Below are positions 62,693 to 64,000 of a stretch of DNA of 64,000 bases, in pieces. The stretch's first letter is position 1, and the number at the start of each line of letters is the position of its first letter. The position numbers and the translations under genes were made by a program. The notes under the pieces are model-generated. The model searched no databases. It worked only from the letters and a program-made list of their open reading frames with translations, and was not told where the DNA came from. Location of the stretch: positions 40,618 to 104,617 of the forward strand of contig JAXLSS010000008.1 of assembly GCA_046330395.1 (NCBI GenBank), written 5' to 3'. Source of the DNA: Thermoleophilia bacterium (GTDB lineage: Bacteria; Actinomycetota; Thermoleophilia; Miltoncostaeales; Miltoncostaeaceae).

Positions 62693-62860
62693 CGGCCCGC
62701 CGGCAAGCACCGTCCACACCTTGGTGGGGTTGGCGCGGTGGTGGGCCGGTGCGAGCCTCGTGCACGTCGGGGCGAGGCCACCGGAGCCCACCGGGGTGGC
62801 CCCGCCCCGCCGCGTGGGGTGGGGGCGACGTGCTGGCACCCCGCCCCGCGCGGCCCGCGC

Positions 62861-63247
62861 TCAGCGGTGCTCGATGAACTCGATGCGGTAGCCGTCCGGG
62901 TCGCCCACGAAGCAGATGCGCGGACCGCCGGGGTAGGGGGCGTACGGCTCGCGCTCCGGGGTGATGCCCTGGGACGCCAGGCCGGCCAGCATGGCGTCGA
63001 AGTCCGTGATGGACAGGGCGATGTGGCCGTAGGCGGTGCCGATGTCGTACGGGTCGGTGCGGCCGTCGTTGAGGGTGAGCTCCAGACGGTCGTCATCGCC
63101 GGGCAGGCCCATGAAGATGATGGTGGCGGTGTCGTTGCCCACGCGCTTGCGCCCGCGCTCCTCGAAGCCCAGCGCACGGTAGAACGACAGGGACCGCTCC
63201 TCATCGAGGATGCGGATCATGGTGTGCAGCACCTCGGTGGCGGGCAT
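62861..63247 (-). CDS. gloA: lactoylglutathione lyase / VOC family protein
   Basis: 128 aa. HTMIRILDEERSLSFYRALGF...GHIALSITDFDAM...DPDGYRIEFIE are glyoxalase I blocks. Intact. Confidence 0.85.
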   Translation of the reverse strand: MPATEVLHTMIRILDEERSLSFYRALGFEERGRKRVGNDTATIIFMGLPGDDDRLELTLNDGRTDPYDIGTAYGHIALSITDFDAMLAGLASQGITPEREPYAPYPGGPRICFVGDPDGYRIEFIEHR

Positions 63248-63296
63248 GAAGCCTCCTGTTGCGGTTCGACGCCGTCGCTGACGCTACCCTCTTGTG

Positions 63297-64000
63297 ATGC
63301 CCACCGCCTTCGAGCTTCACACCGGTTTCGTGCCCACGGGCGACCAGCCGCAGGCCATCGACGAGATCGTCGCCGGGCTGGGCCGTGACGAGCGGTACCA
63401 GACGCTCCTGGGCGTCACGGGCAGCGGCAAGACCTTCACCATGGCCAACGTCATCGCCCGCACCGGCCGTCCCGCGCTGGTGATCGCGCACAACAAGACC
63501 CTGGCCGCGCAGCTGTGCAACGAGTTCCGGGAGTTCCTGCCGGGCGCCGCAGTGGAGTACTTCGTCAGCTACTACGACTACTACCAGCCGGAGGCGTACA
63601 TCGCCTCCAGCGACACGTACATCGAGAAGGACAGCAGCATCAACGACGAGATCGACCGGCTGCGCCACGCGGCCACCGCGTCGCTCCTGGGCCGCCGGGA
63701 CGTGGTGATCGTGGCGTCGGTGAGCTGCATCTACGGTCTGGGGTCGGCCGAGGTGTACCGCGACCGGGTGGTGGTGCTGACGGTGGGCGACGAGGTGCCC
63801 CGCGAGCGCCTGTTCCGCCGGCTGGTGGAGGTGCAGTACCAGCGCAACGACACCGCGCTGGACCGCGGCCGGTTCCGCGCCCGCGGCGACGTCATCGAGA
63901 TCCAGCCGAGCTACGCCCAGACCGCCTACCGCATCAGCATGTTCGGGGACGAGGTGGAGAGCATCCACGAGTTCGACCCCCTCACCGGGGAGGTGCTGGG
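63297..64000 (+). CDS. uvrB: excinuclease ABC subunit B (5' part; continues beyond the window)
   Basis: My own translation from ATG 63297: [28 protein letters not shown]...[18 protein letters not shown] (Walker A), [42 protein letters not shown]. No stop before 64000, so it is absent from the ORF track. Confidence 0.93.
   Translation, partial: MPTAFELHTGFVPTGDQPQAIDEIVAGLGRDERYQTLLGVTGSGKTFTMANVIARTGRPALVIAHNKTLAAQLCNEFREFLPGAAVEYFVSYYDYYQPEAYIASSDTYIEKDSSINDEIDRLRHAATASLLGRRDVVIVASVSCIYGLGSAEVYRDRVVVLTVGDEVPRERLFRRLVEVQYQRNDTALDRGRFRARGDVIEIQPSYAQTAYRISMFGDEVESIHEFDPLTGEVL

Overview
Very GC-rich chromosomal window. The polA-rpsA-coaE-uvrB order is actinobacterial; the two-subunit glyQS and the recO-glyQS...dgt-dnaG-sigA backbone suggest a deep-branching lineage, which is only a guess. 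Housekeeping blocks lie at 0.1-11.5 kb (deoA, mutM, grxC, recO, glyQS, ppdK), 38.9-42.7 kb (dgt, dnaG, sigA) and 53-64 kb (malic enzyme, polA, rpsA, coaE, uvrB). Between ppdK and dgt lie two tandem PAS/MCP-like sensor paralogs, a roughly 21-kb Wzx/Wzy-type glycan locus (14.3-35.1 kb) and a small block holding a diguanylate cyclase, CbiX and hypotheticals. The glycan locus has five glycosyltransferases (three GT2, one GT4, one WecB/TagA), a polymerase, a flippase, two kinase-less Wzz-like proteins, a CDP-hexose C-methyl cassette, a pyruvyl transferase and two paralogous uncharacterised secreted proteins. I saw no CRISPR array, transposase, integrase or recognisable defence system. The strongest non-gene signal is technical. 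Frameshifting indels are clustered in patches at 5.06-5.76, 26.1-28.9, 50.3-56.0, 58.4-58.9 and 60.3-62.6 kb, with singles at about 33.9 and 47.17 kb. They break recO, polA, rpsA, coaE and the anticodon stem of a tRNA-Leu, while long stretches in between are clean. This looks like consensus or assembly error rather than gene decay, so pseudogene calls here are provisional. The best novelty candidates are the secreted paralog pair in the glycan locus, the tandem PAS/degenerate-MCP proteins, and the unresolved 1.5-kb stretch at 3.5-5.06 kb. None amounts to a demonstrated new system from sequence reading alone.
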